From Alphaproteobacteria bacterium (GTDB lineage Bacteria; Pseudomonadota; Alphaproteobacteria; UBA828), in assembly GCA_965237415.1 (NCBI GenBank), contig CBDEFM010000002.1:3872001-3936000 (forward strand): 64,000 nt of DNA, read 5' to 3'. The notes beneath the pieces are model-generated. The model was not told the origin of the DNA, made no database searches, and was given only the letters and a program-made list of their open reading frames with translations. The first letter of the stretch is position 1; each line of letters opens with the position of its first letter. The position numbers and the translations under genes are program-made. Positions 10,177 to 18,544 of this stretch are shown here, piece after piece.

Positions 10177-10905
10177 ACGAGCGACTATGCGCTGATTACC
10201 GGCGGCGCTCGCGGGATCGGGCGGGCGACGGCGGCGCGGCTCCGTGCCGGCGGCTGTCGTGTCGTGGTCTTCGACCGCGTTGAGCCGGAAGACCCGGTGG
10301 ACGAATTCGTGGCCGTCGACCTCGCCGATACCGCGGCCACCGCAGAGGCGCTGGAGCGGGTGCTCGCGGACCGCGCCATCACGCGGCTCGTCAACAATGT
10401 CGGCGCCGTGAGGCCGGCGCTGCTCGAGGACGCGACCCTCGACGACTTCGACTATCTGATGGCGCTCAACGTGCGCTCGGCCATCCAGTGCACCAAGGCG
10501 CTGGCACCGGGGATGCGGGCCGCAGGCTTCGGGCGGATCGTGAACGTCTCCAGCCGCTCGGTGCGCGGCAAGGAACTCCGCACCAACTACGCCGCGACCA
10601 AGGCGGCGCTGATCGGGCTCACGCGCACCTGGGCGCTGGAGCTCGGCGGCGACGGCATCACGGTCAACTGCATCTGCCCCGGCCCGACGGCGACGGAGCT
10701 TTACGTCGAGGCAAACCCGCCGGATTCGCCCCGCACCAAGGCCGCGCTCGCCGCGATCCCTGTCGGCCGGATCGGCACGCCCGAGGACATGGCCCACGCC
10801 ATCGCTTTCTTCCTCGACCGCGAGAGCGGCTTCATCAGCGGGCAGGCGCTGATGGTCTGCGGCGGCTCAAGCCTCGGCAACCGCGAGAGCTACGCGCCGA
10901 GTTAG
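10177..10905 (+). CDS. SDR family oxidoreductase (apparent ACG start)
   Basis: The in-frame Rossmann motif ITGGARGIG lies upstream of the track start at 10264; also NNVG and YAATK. The only start-like codon behind GGAGG is ACG at 10177. Confidence 0.82.
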   Translation, partial: TSDYALITGGARGIGRATAARLRAGGCRVVVFDRVEPEDPVDEFVAVDLADTAATAEALERVLADRAITRLVNNVGAVRPALLEDATLDDFDYLMALNVRSAIQCTKALAPGMRAAGFGRIVNVSSRSVRGKELRTNYAATKAALIGLTRTWALELGGDGITVNCICPGPTATELYVEANPPDSPRTKAALAAIPVGRIGTPEDMAHAIAFFLDRESGFISGQALMVCGGSSLGNRESYAPS

Positions 10906-11001
10906 GTCTTTAGCCCGAGTCCGTCTTTGACGGACTCGCGACAAGCCGCGACCGCGGCCCGACGCCAAATTTCCGCAGCGTTCCAAGCCTACGGGAGCAG
11001 A

Positions 11002-11439
11002 TCAGGCTGCCTCGCCGACGGTGACGGTCACGCGCTTCCCCAGCCGGCGGAGGGCGCGGTCGATCGTTGCAGCCTTGGTGCTATGCTCCGGATTCAACAT
11101 ACGCCGCACCTCGCTCTCGGCGACGTCGAGATCGCGAGCAAGACGGCGTTGCGAAATCCCGGCTTGGCGCCAAGCCTCGTAAAGGGCCGCCTTCAGCGCG
11201 ATCTGCACCGGCGGGACGACCAGGGGCCTCCCCTTACCCGCGCGCGACGGCTCGGGCAGGTTCTCGCCCTCCCGAATCGTGGTTGCGATCAGCTCGCGAA
11301 GCAAATCCTTGGCTTCGAGGAGTGCCTCGTCGCGAGTGGCGCCGTCCGTCGCACCCCATCCGAAATCCGGGAACGCGACGATATACCGGCCGTCCTTGTC
11401 GCGTTCGATTTCGGCAGGATAGTTGTAGGTGTCAGGCAT
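11002..11439 (-). CDS. hicB: HicB family antitoxin with C-terminal HTH
   Basis: YPAEIERD..YIVAFPDFG..ATDGATRDEAL plus an XRE-like HTH (ISQRRLARDL). Confidence 0.88.
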   Translation of the reverse strand: MPDTYNYPAEIERDKDGRYIVAFPDFGWGATDGATRDEALLEAKDLLRELIATTIREGENLPEPSRAGKGRPLVVPPVQIALKAALYEAWRQAGISQRRLARDLDVAESEVRRMLNPEHSTKAATIDRALRRLGKRVTVTVGEAA

Positions 11440-11477
11440 GCGTTCGGTCTCCGGGGACACTTGCGTCGTTCCGTTAC

Positions 11478-11690
11478 CTAGAAATCGTCCCTGTCGATCC
11501 CAAGGTCGGTGAGCATCTTGGCGAGCAGTCCCTTGCCAATTTCCTTTTTCCGGTCCTTGACGGTCGTTCTGCGCTCGCCCGCATAGAGCGTTCCATGCGA
11601 ACCGGCGCCTTCGGACGCCACGAAGCGCACCTCCAGATTCCGGCTCCGCGCCCACTTGCGGACCCTCGCGTTGAACTGCCGCCCGTTCAT
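11478..11690 (-). CDS. hicA: HicA family toxin (mRNA interferase)
   Basis: 70 aa, basic, with GSH motif and KEIGKGLLAKMLTDLGI; lies directly upstream of hicB. Confidence 0.82.
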   Translation of the reverse strand: MNGRQFNARVRKWARSRNLEVRFVASEGAGSHGTLYAGERRTTVKDRKKEIGKGLLAKMLTDLGIDRDDF

Positions 11691-11806
11691 GCCGCCACAG
11701 TGTGAGCCGGCGCCCGCGTCGATCAAGGATACGTGCGCACATTTTTGCGCGCAACAGTCCGTTCCCGACGACTACTCGAGCCAAATTCGCTAAAGCGCTT
11801 TCTTTC

Positions 11807-13150
11807 TCAAACCGGGCGGATGAAGGTGCCGGTGCCTGGGGCGCCGGTGACCCTGCCGCCGGCATAGACGGGCGTACCCCTGACGTAGGTGCCCGTTACG
11901 CGCGCGCCGAAGGTCATGCCGTCGTAGGGGCTCCACTTGACCTTGGACGCCATGCCTGCGGCATCGAAGGTCCAGGGTCCGGGGGCGACGATGGCGAAGT
12001 CCGCATCGGCACCCGGCGTGAGCGCACCCTTGCGGGGATAGAGGCCGAAGTGACGCGCCGGACGCTCGGAGAGCAACGCCGCAACCCGGCTCGGCGCGAG
12101 GCCACGCTCCGTCACCATGCCGGTGTAGAGCGCGGCGAACAGGGTCTCCAGCCCCGGCACGCCCGAGCCGTTCTCCGAAAACGCGGGGTTCGACTTGCGC
12201 GAGAGCGGCCAGGCAACGTGATCCGACGAGACGAAATCCACCTCGTCCGCCACCACCTTCTCCCAAAGCGCCGCGCGCTCGTGGGCCGGGCGGATGGGCG
12301 GGTTCTGCTTGAGCTTGGCGCCCAGCGGCAGCACCTGACTCTCCTCGAAGACCAGATATTGCACGCAGGTCTCGGCGCTGGCCGCGACGCCTTCCTCCCG
12401 GTAGCGCTTGACCTGATCGAAGCCGCGCGCGAGCGAGCTGTGCACGATGTGGCAGCGCACGCCCGTCGCTCGCGCGATCTCGAAGACGGCGGCATTGGCC
12501 ACCACTTCGGCGACCGCCGGGCGGCCGGCGCCGTGGCTCTCCGGCGTGTTGCGGCGCTCGTCGAGGAAGCGCTGCGTGAGGCGGCGGACAATGGCGGCGT
12601 CCTCGTTGTGGAAGGCGACGGAAAGGCCGGTCTCGCGGATCGCGGGGAAGAGCTCGTAGAGCTCGCCCATGTCGTAGCCGGGGAAGCGCACCGGGTGATA
12701 CTCGTAGGTCGAGACCTTGAAGGCGCAGACCCCGGCGTCCGCGAGCTCCGCGATGCCCTCGGTGCCCGCACCCTTCTTCGGCGCGCCGTAGAGGGCGACG
12801 TCGACGACGGCGATCCGCTCCAGGGTCTCGACCTTGGCCTCAAGCAGGTTGACCGCGTTGACCGGCAGCGGGTCGTCGAAGGGCATGTCGACGATGGTGG
12901 TGACCCCGCCGGCGGCTGCCGCGACTGATGCATCGGCGAGCCCCGCGATCCCCTCGCAGCTCCCGGCATGGACCTGGCCGTCGATGACGCCGGGGAAGAT
13001 CAGGTGGCCTGCGGCATCGACGGCCTCCGCCGCCTCCGGCGCCTCGCCGGTGCCGAGCGCGCCGATCGTGCCGCCCCGGACCGCGAGGAAGCCCTCGGCA
13101 AGCACGCGGTCGGGGAGCACGAGGTCGCCGCGCACGACGAGGTCGAACAT
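11807..13150 (-). CDS. Allantoinase/dihydroorotase-family cyclic amidohydrolase
   Basis: Motifs PGVIDGQVH, AAAGGVTTIVDMP, HNE, HIVH, NPPIR, SSDH and GVPGLE. Confidence 0.88.
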   Translation of the reverse strand: MFDLVVRGDLVLPDRVLAEGFLAVRGGTIGALGTGEAPEAAEAVDAAGHLIFPGVIDGQVHAGSCEGIAGLADASVAAAAGGVTTIVDMPFDDPLPVNAVNLLEAKVETLERIAVVDVALYGAPKKGAGTEGIAELADAGVCAFKVSTYEYHPVRFPGYDMGELYELFPAIRETGLSVAFHNEDAAIVRRLTQRFLDERRNTPESHGAGRPAVAEVVANAAVFEIARATGVRCHIVHSSLARGFDQVKRYREEGVAASAETCVQYLVFEESQVLPLGAKLKQNPPIRPAHERAALWEKVVADEVDFVSSDHVAWPLSRKSNPAFSENGSGVPGLETLFAALYTGMVTERGLAPSRVAALLSERPARHFGLYPRKGALTPGADADFAIVAPGPWTFDAAGMASKVKWSPYDGMTFGARVTGTYVRGTPVYAGGRVTGAPGTGTFIRPV

Positions 13151-13252
13151 CGTTCCTATACTCGCATTGGTACTTTGTCTCTACTCTGGCTCAGTCCTTC
13201 CAACTTCCATCTACACAACATGAGACATTTTCATAGCTTTCTTTTTGACCCT

Positions 13253-13810
13253 TCATGCGCATTTCCCTCGATCACTAGACGCAGCTTCGGCGAGCATAAC
13301 ATCAAGCTCAACGATAGCCTCCATCGCTGCATCTTTGGCTATATGTGGCTTTAGCTTCGCCAACATCAAAGCTCTGTTCTCAGCCGTTGTGTTTCCAGAA
13401 GTTTTCTGAGAAACAAATAGAGCCGTAGCCAAACGTTCGAGGTCTGCGACGTCTCTATTGCCTAGCCGCTCCGCTACGAAGTTTATATCACCTTCGTACT
13501 TGGATAAGGTTTTGGAGTAGACTGATTGTATGTATTTACCTCGCTCTGTCGAAGCAATCTTGGGACCGTAGGGATACTGAGGTTCGAGAGTGAGTATTCC
13601 GTCCGCTCGCAAACCGGTCAATTCGTCCCTAAGATCGAACGAAAAGGGACCATGCTTATATAATACGAACTCACACTTGAGCGGCACACTCAGGAGGTAC
13701 TGCAAGAAGTAAGCGGCCTTTTGCACATGTGTTTCGCCACACCAGCTGCCTGCCGACCGAAGTTGCTCAACCAGACGCGCAATTAGAGCAGCTCTCCTAA
13801 CTCGATCCAT
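13253..13810 (-). CDS. Hypothetical protein, YwgA / DarG C-terminal / Panacea-like
   Basis: Motifs VQKAAYFLQ, YKHGPFSFDL and LERLATALFV; overlaps the HD gene stop; preceded by GCGGGA; AT-richer than flanks. Confidence 0.65.
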   Translation of the reverse strand: MDRVRRAALIARLVEQLRSAGSWCGETHVQKAAYFLQYLLSVPLKCEFVLYKHGPFSFDLRDELTGLRADGILTLEPQYPYGPKIASTERGKYIQSVYSKTLSKYEGDINFVAERLGNRDVADLERLATALFVSQKTSGNTTAENRALMLAKLKPHIAKDAAMEAIVELDVMLAEAASSDRGKCA

Positions 13811-15125
13811 GTCCCGCCAGCTCCTCTTCGTTTGGCAATTTCACAATGTCAGTTCGATTTTTTTCGAGCCAACTCTTCACCTCATCGAATACGGAACGCT
13901 CTGCATACACATTATCGATTGCTACGACTGGTACGTTCTTTAAAGTCTCGGATTTCGCAAGTGATGAAATAACTTCTCCATCGCGCAACTTGACTGGGAA
14001 ATCCGGCGCACCACCGCGCTGAGAATATCTATCTACCCGAAAATCCTTCGCGTCATACTTATCGGCTAGAGCACCAAATACATAAGCTCCCGCTTCCGGA
14101 TTTACGTGCAGGTCACCGGGGTTCCGTTCATACAGCAACTTGTAGTGCTCGCGACCCACGATGCGTTGCGCATGCAATCTCCCGGAAGCGTTTGCAGAGC
14201 GGGATGATTCCATTATGGCGGAAGTAACTTCATTATCGGTCAACCTCAGGTGCTCCTCCAGATCCGTAGAGAATTTTCCGCCATCCAACCACTCTTCGAG
14301 AAAATTCATAAGGTGAATATCGTAGATTCTTCTAACCGGATGAAAGTATACTTGAGAGTACATAAAATAGCGCGCGAGCATCAGCGCCTCGGCTGAATGA
14401 AGGCCGCCTTCTTCGACACCAAGCGCAGGTTCTCCGGACGGACGGGCTGGAAGAATGCGGAGCGTATCGATGAGGCGATAATGGTCGAATCGGCCATAGC
14501 CCACGCCGGTGTGGTGAGAGTCGCGCAGAAGATAGTCCATACGGTCGACGCCAAATGCGTCTCCAACGATTATCTCTGATAGAATAGTTTCCCAGTAGGT
14601 AAAATTAAGATCGTTTGCCTTCTTCGGACCTAAGGCCAGCTTTACAACGTCCTCGGTTCGCAGTGGGGGTGTCATATCGTTCCAAATGTTTTGCATCTCG
14701 TCGCAACAAATAAGTTGTCTTGTAAGTCTCTCGTGATCCCAACCCTCAGGGAGCAAACGCTGCTCCGCTGCATGGGAAAACGGCAAGTGTCCTATATCGT
14801 GACAGAGCGCTGCCATGCGCAGAGCCAAGCGCCAATAGTTCAAAGGGGTTTCATGGCCGATCGGTTCCAAACGAGCTCGAATTTCGTCGGACACATTGTC
14901 GACATGGGTGACGATGTCGAAGACTCGCCCCGCTAGTTCCATTACTCCTAAGGAGTGTTCAAATCGCTTATGCGTTGCACCGGGATAGACAAGATAGGTC
15001 AAGGCAAGTTGGTGAATGTGACGTAATCTCTGAAATGGTCTTGAATTAAGTACCGCCCGTTCGTAGCTGTCCATCCGCACAAAGACGTGGATAGGATCGC
15101 GGACTTCATGGATGTATTTTGGCAT
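13797..15125 (-). CDS. HD-domain phosphohydrolase, SAMHD1/YwfO-like putative dNTP triphosphohydrolase
   Basis: Motifs DPIH, FQRLRHIHQL, YPGATHKRFEHSLGV, HDIGHLPFSH, DRMDYLLRD and RYFMYSQVYFH. Confidence 0.9.
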   Translation of the reverse strand: MPKYIHEVRDPIHVFVRMDSYERAVLNSRPFQRLRHIHQLALTYLVYPGATHKRFEHSLGVMELAGRVFDIVTHVDNVSDEIRARLEPIGHETPLNYWRLALRMAALCHDIGHLPFSHAAEQRLLPEGWDHERLTRQLICCDEMQNIWNDMTPPLRTEDVVKLALGPKKANDLNFTYWETILSEIIVGDAFGVDRMDYLLRDSHHTGVGYGRFDHYRLIDTLRILPARPSGEPALGVEEGGLHSAEALMLARYFMYSQVYFHPVRRIYDIHLMNFLEEWLDGGKFSTDLEEHLRLTDNEVTSAIMESSRSANASGRLHAQRIVGREHYKLLYERNPGDLHVNPEAGAYVFGALADKYDAKDFRVDRYSQRGGAPDFPVKLRDGEVISSLAKSETLKNVPVVAIDNVYAERSVFDEVKSWLEKNRTDIVKLPNEEELAGHGSS

Positions 15126-15260
15126 GATCAAATATCAGATCGAGAATAGGATAGCTCTTCATGTAGTGTATGCCCGAAGATCACACTGGAAGGAGGGGCA
15201 GTAACCAGTGGATTGCGGCGGACTGCGCAAAGCAGTGTCTCCAACATGAGCTCCTGCCAC

Positions 15261-15289
15261 AGTATGTTCTCTCATTGTTCTGTTTGCAA
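15261..15289 (-). promoter_or_regulatory. Sigma70-type promoter overlapped by an alphaproteobacterial LexA (SOS) box
   Basis: Minus strand TTGCAA-N17-CATACT; GAAC-AATGAGA-GAAC (GTTC-N7-GTTC on +, 15266-15280) spans the spacer and touches the -10. Confidence 0.72.
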
Positions 15290-15439
15290 GCCCCTAGATC
15301 TTGAGGTTTATGTAACAGTAGGCTCAAGATATAGCAATAGTGAGTCGGAAATTCGGGTAAGCATGCCTGCCGAGAGCTGCATGCTGTCTTCATCACCTTC
15401 TTACTTTGGACGTGCCGCGGAGTGATGTCCCGAGCGGCA

Positions 15440-15808
15440 CTAAACGGGCACGTCGTAGTAGTCGCCGGCGTCCTCGGTGTAGATGTGGCGCTCGATGGAA
15501 AGCCCCGTCGCGCCGTCGAGCGTGCCTGCCGTGATGGAGACGCGATCCTCGCCCACCGGCTCCCAGAACAGGTTGCCGCCGCAGCGGTTGCAGAACCCGC
15601 GCCGGGCGATCTCCGAGGAGTGGAACCAGACCAGGGTCTCGTCGGAGTCGAAGGCGAGACGGGCGCGGGGCACCGAGGTCATGGCCGCATGGTGGCCGGA
15701 GGTCTTGCGGCATTGCCCGCAATGGCAGGCGATGACCTGGCGGAGCGGGCCGGTCGCCCGGTATCTGACGCCGCCGCAGAGGCAGCTTCCGGTGTGTACG
15801 TCGGTCAC
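15440..15808 (-). CDS. GFA/CENP-V family protein
   Basis: Motifs GSCLCG, CHCGQCRK and RGFCNRCG; GTG start after GGGAGGGA. Confidence 0.9.
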   Translation of the reverse strand: MTDVHTGSCLCGGVRYRATGPLRQVIACHCGQCRKTSGHHAAMTSVPRARLAFDSDETLVWFHSSEIARRGFCNRCGGNLFWEPVGEDRVSITAGTLDGATGLSIERHIYTEDAGDYYDVPV

Positions 15809-15834
15809 GTCTCCCTCCCGAAATGTGGCATTCG

Positions 15835-17121
15835 TCAACCGGCAAGCCGGGCGATCGCGGTCGCGAGCACCGCAGCGCCCGCGCCGAAATCGTCGAGCGT
15901 CATGGCCTCGTCCGGATTGTGGCTGCCGTGGGCGTTGCGTACGAGGACCATGGCGGCCGGAATGCCGGCGCGCTGGAAGACGGCGGCATCGTGGCCGACG
16001 GTAGCGAAGCTGCGCATGGGTATGTCCAGCGCCGCCGCCGACTCTTCCAGCACGGCGCGAAGATCGGCATCCAGCGGCGCCGGCGCCGCCTGCACGCACC
16101 GGCCGAGATCGAACGCGACCCGGCGGCGCGCGCCGATCTCCGCCGCGCGGGCCTCGACCTCGGCGCGGCACGCGTCGAGAAAGGCCTGGCTCGTGCCGCC
16201 GAAGTTGAGGGTGAAGTCGCAGCGTCCGGGAACCTTGGTCATCGCGTGATGGGCGCCGTCGGTGAAGAACTTGCCGACGGTGAACACCGTGTCGGGCACG
16301 CCGCTTTCCTCCTGCGCGATCCAGAACGCCTCCAGCGCTTGCACGAGCTCGGCCACGGCCAGCACGGTGTCCTGCCGGTGCGCGCGGGGAGTCGCGCCAG
16401 AATGATCGTAGCGGCCGAGGCAGCATGCGCCCGGCCAGCGCAGATTGCCGCGAATGGTGGTGGGAACCGCCACCTGCGCGCCCTCCGCCACCAGCACGGG
16501 CCCCTGCTCGATGTGAAGCTCCAGGAAGGCGCAGGCGTTGGCGGGGGAGAGGCGGGGGGCGCCCTCGCCGCGCAGCGCGTCCACATCGAGGCCGAGCGCC
16601 GCCATGTGCCAGGCGAGGGTGCGCCCTGTGTCGGCGCGCCGCAGCGTGTCCAGGTGATCGCGGGAGAGCGAGCCGAGGGCGAGGCGGGCGCCGATGAAGG
16701 GGATGCCGAACCAGACGCTCTCCTCGGCTCGGGTGGCGATGGCGCTCACGTCGCGGCCCGGCTCCCAGCCGACATCGCGGAACGCGGCGAGCACGACAAG
16801 GCCGGCGACGGCGCCGGCGAGCCCGTCGAAGTGCCCGCCCGTCGGCACGGAATCGACGTGCGAGCCGGTGAGGATGGCGGATGCGCTCCGGTCGCGTCCG
16901 GGGAGCGTGCAGTAGAGGTTGCCCGCGTGGTCGAAGGCGGTCTCGAGCCCGAGCGCGCGGGCGGCGTCGGCGATGCGCGCGGCGGCGATCTGGTCCTGTT
17001 CGCTCCAGGCGGGGCGGGTCACGCCGACCTCTGCGGCGCTGGCCGCGCGAATCTCGTCGAACAACGAGTCCGCGAGCGGCAGGCGGGCCTCCACCGCGGC
17101 GCGCAACGCCTGCGCGCTCAC
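15835..17121 (-). CDS. M20 Zn-dependent hydantoinase/carbamoylase-family amidohydrolase (N-carbamoyl-amino acid or allantoate hydrolase-like)
   Basis: Motifs GSHVDSVPTGGHFDG, AEE, ELHIEQGP, HSGATP and GHDAA; GTG overlaps the upstream TGA. Confidence 0.88.
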   Translation of the reverse strand: MSAQALRAAVEARLPLADSLFDEIRAASAAEVGVTRPAWSEQDQIAAARIADAARALGLETAFDHAGNLYCTLPGRDRSASAILTGSHVDSVPTGGHFDGLAGAVAGLVVLAAFRDVGWEPGRDVSAIATRAEESVWFGIPFIGARLALGSLSRDHLDTLRRADTGRTLAWHMAALGLDVDALRGEGAPRLSPANACAFLELHIEQGPVLVAEGAQVAVPTTIRGNLRWPGACCLGRYDHSGATPRAHRQDTVLAVAELVQALEAFWIAQEESGVPDTVFTVGKFFTDGAHHAMTKVPGRCDFTLNFGGTSQAFLDACRAEVEARAAEIGARRRVAFDLGRCVQAAPAPLDADLRAVLEESAAALDIPMRSFATVGHDAAVFQRAGIPAAMVLVRNAHGSHNPDEAMTLDDFGAGAAVLATAIARLAG

Positions 17122-18119
17122 GGCGCGAAGACCTCCAGGATCTCGTCGTAGTTGCGGCTGAGCGGGATCAGGATGAGCCCATCGAGGCCGGTATCGAGCC
17201 AGCGTTGCGCATGCGCGCGGCACTCGTCGGGCGTGCCGTGGGCGATCAGCTCGTCCACCAGCGCATCGTCGACCAGCGCCATGGCCTCCTCGATCCCGCC
17301 GGGTTTCGGCGGCCAGCCGCCCATCACCTGCTTGATCTCGGCGAGGCGGTCCTCGGGGAACTCCCAAGCCTTGGCGAAGTGGGGCTGCTGGCCGAGATAC
17401 TGGGTCACGAGGCGCTTGGCGTCGTAGAGCGCCTTGCCGCGGTCGGCGTCCATCGAGATGTTGACGAGCTGCAGCTTCTCGACTTCGGCGAGCGTGCGGC
17501 CTGCGCGGGCGGCGCCTGCCGCGACGCGCTCCAGCGAGCGGCTCGTATAGGCGGGCGAGAGGATGCCGTTGATCAGCACCCCGTCCGCGACCTCGCCTGC
17601 AAGCTCCATCATGCGGGGCCCGGTCGGGCCGATGAAGATCCTGACGGCGGGCGGCACGCGCGCATCGCCGTGGCCGAGGTCGAGGGTGAGATCCCGCACC
17701 CTGACCAGCTCGCCCTCGTGAGTCACGCCGTCCTCCAACGCGAAGAGCCGGCGCAGGACTCCCACGTATTCGCGCATCTGGCTGAGCGGCTTGCGGCGCT
17801 CGATACCCTGCTTCCAGGCGAGCGGATCCCAATAGGCGCCGAGGCCGAGGTTCATGCGCCCCGGCGCCAGGTTGTCGAGGGTGGCGAAGGTCATGGCCAT
17901 GAGCGCAGGGCCGCGGGTCCAGCTGTTGACGATGCAACTGCCAAGCCGCACCCGCTCGGTGGTGGCGGCCATGGCGCCCAGCACCGAGACCGCGTCACGC
18001 GCGAGCCTGGTCTCGGTGACCCAGAGCGAATCGTAGCCGAGCGCCTCGGCCTTGGCTGCGAGCCTGAGCTGCTCGCGCACCCCCGGACGATCGAGGAAGC
18101 CGAAGCCGAGCGTGGTCAT
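17118..18119 (-). CDS. LLM-class (Mer-like) flavin/deazaflavin-dependent oxidoreductase
   Basis: Motifs AEALGYDSLW, APGRMNLGLGA and GPRMMELAGEVADGVL. Confidence 0.88.
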   Translation of the reverse strand: MTTLGFGFLDRPGVREQLRLAAKAEALGYDSLWVTETRLARDAVSVLGAMAATTERVRLGSCIVNSWTRGPALMAMTFATLDNLAPGRMNLGLGAYWDPLAWKQGIERRKPLSQMREYVGVLRRLFALEDGVTHEGELVRVRDLTLDLGHGDARVPPAVRIFIGPTGPRMMELAGEVADGVLINGILSPAYTSRSLERVAAGAARAGRTLAEVEKLQLVNISMDADRGKALYDAKRLVTQYLGQQPHFAKAWEFPEDRLAEIKQVMGGWPPKPGGIEEAMALVDDALVDELIAHGTPDECRAHAQRWLDTGLDGLILIPLSRNYDEILEVFAP

Positions 18120-18152
18120 TGCGCGGTCACTGCGCTCCACTCGCGGCGCCCA

Positions 18153-18404
18153 TCAGCTCCGGGCCTGGACCATGGTGCAGGCGATGACCTCCTCGCCGAG
18201 CGCCTTGCAGGCCTCCAGGCGGTGCAGCCCCTCCACGAGCACGTAGCGCGAGCCGTCCTCGCGCACCAGGATCGGAACCTTCAGCCCGTCCTCCATGATG
18301 CTCTCGGCGAGCGCATCGACCGTCGCCTGCTTGAGCGTCCGGCGGCGCTTGGCCGGCACGTAGATGTCGGCGATCGCGAGGTCCTTGTTCTCCAGTAGCG
18401 GCGT
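18153..18404 (-). CDS. Small ParB N-terminal/sulfiredoxin-like domain protein (apparent ACG start)
   Basis: IYVPAKRRRTL..VDALAESI..PILVR..LVEGLHRLEA; GGAGG sits 5 nt before an ACG at 18404. Confidence 0.75.
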   Translation of the reverse strand, partial: TPLLENKDLAIADIYVPAKRRRTLKQATVDALAESIMEDGLKVPILVREDGSRYVLVEGLHRLEACKALGEEVIACTMVQARS

Positions 18405-18544
18405 CGTGTCCTCCCTGCTCCGGCGGCGCGGGCCCAGCGTGACTCTCTCAAAGCCACCCTTTCCACGCAATGGACGGGTGACGGCCGGCGCGGCATGATG
18501 GCGGGCAGGGACAGAGGGGCCGGCGACGCCCCAGGGAGGCGAGG

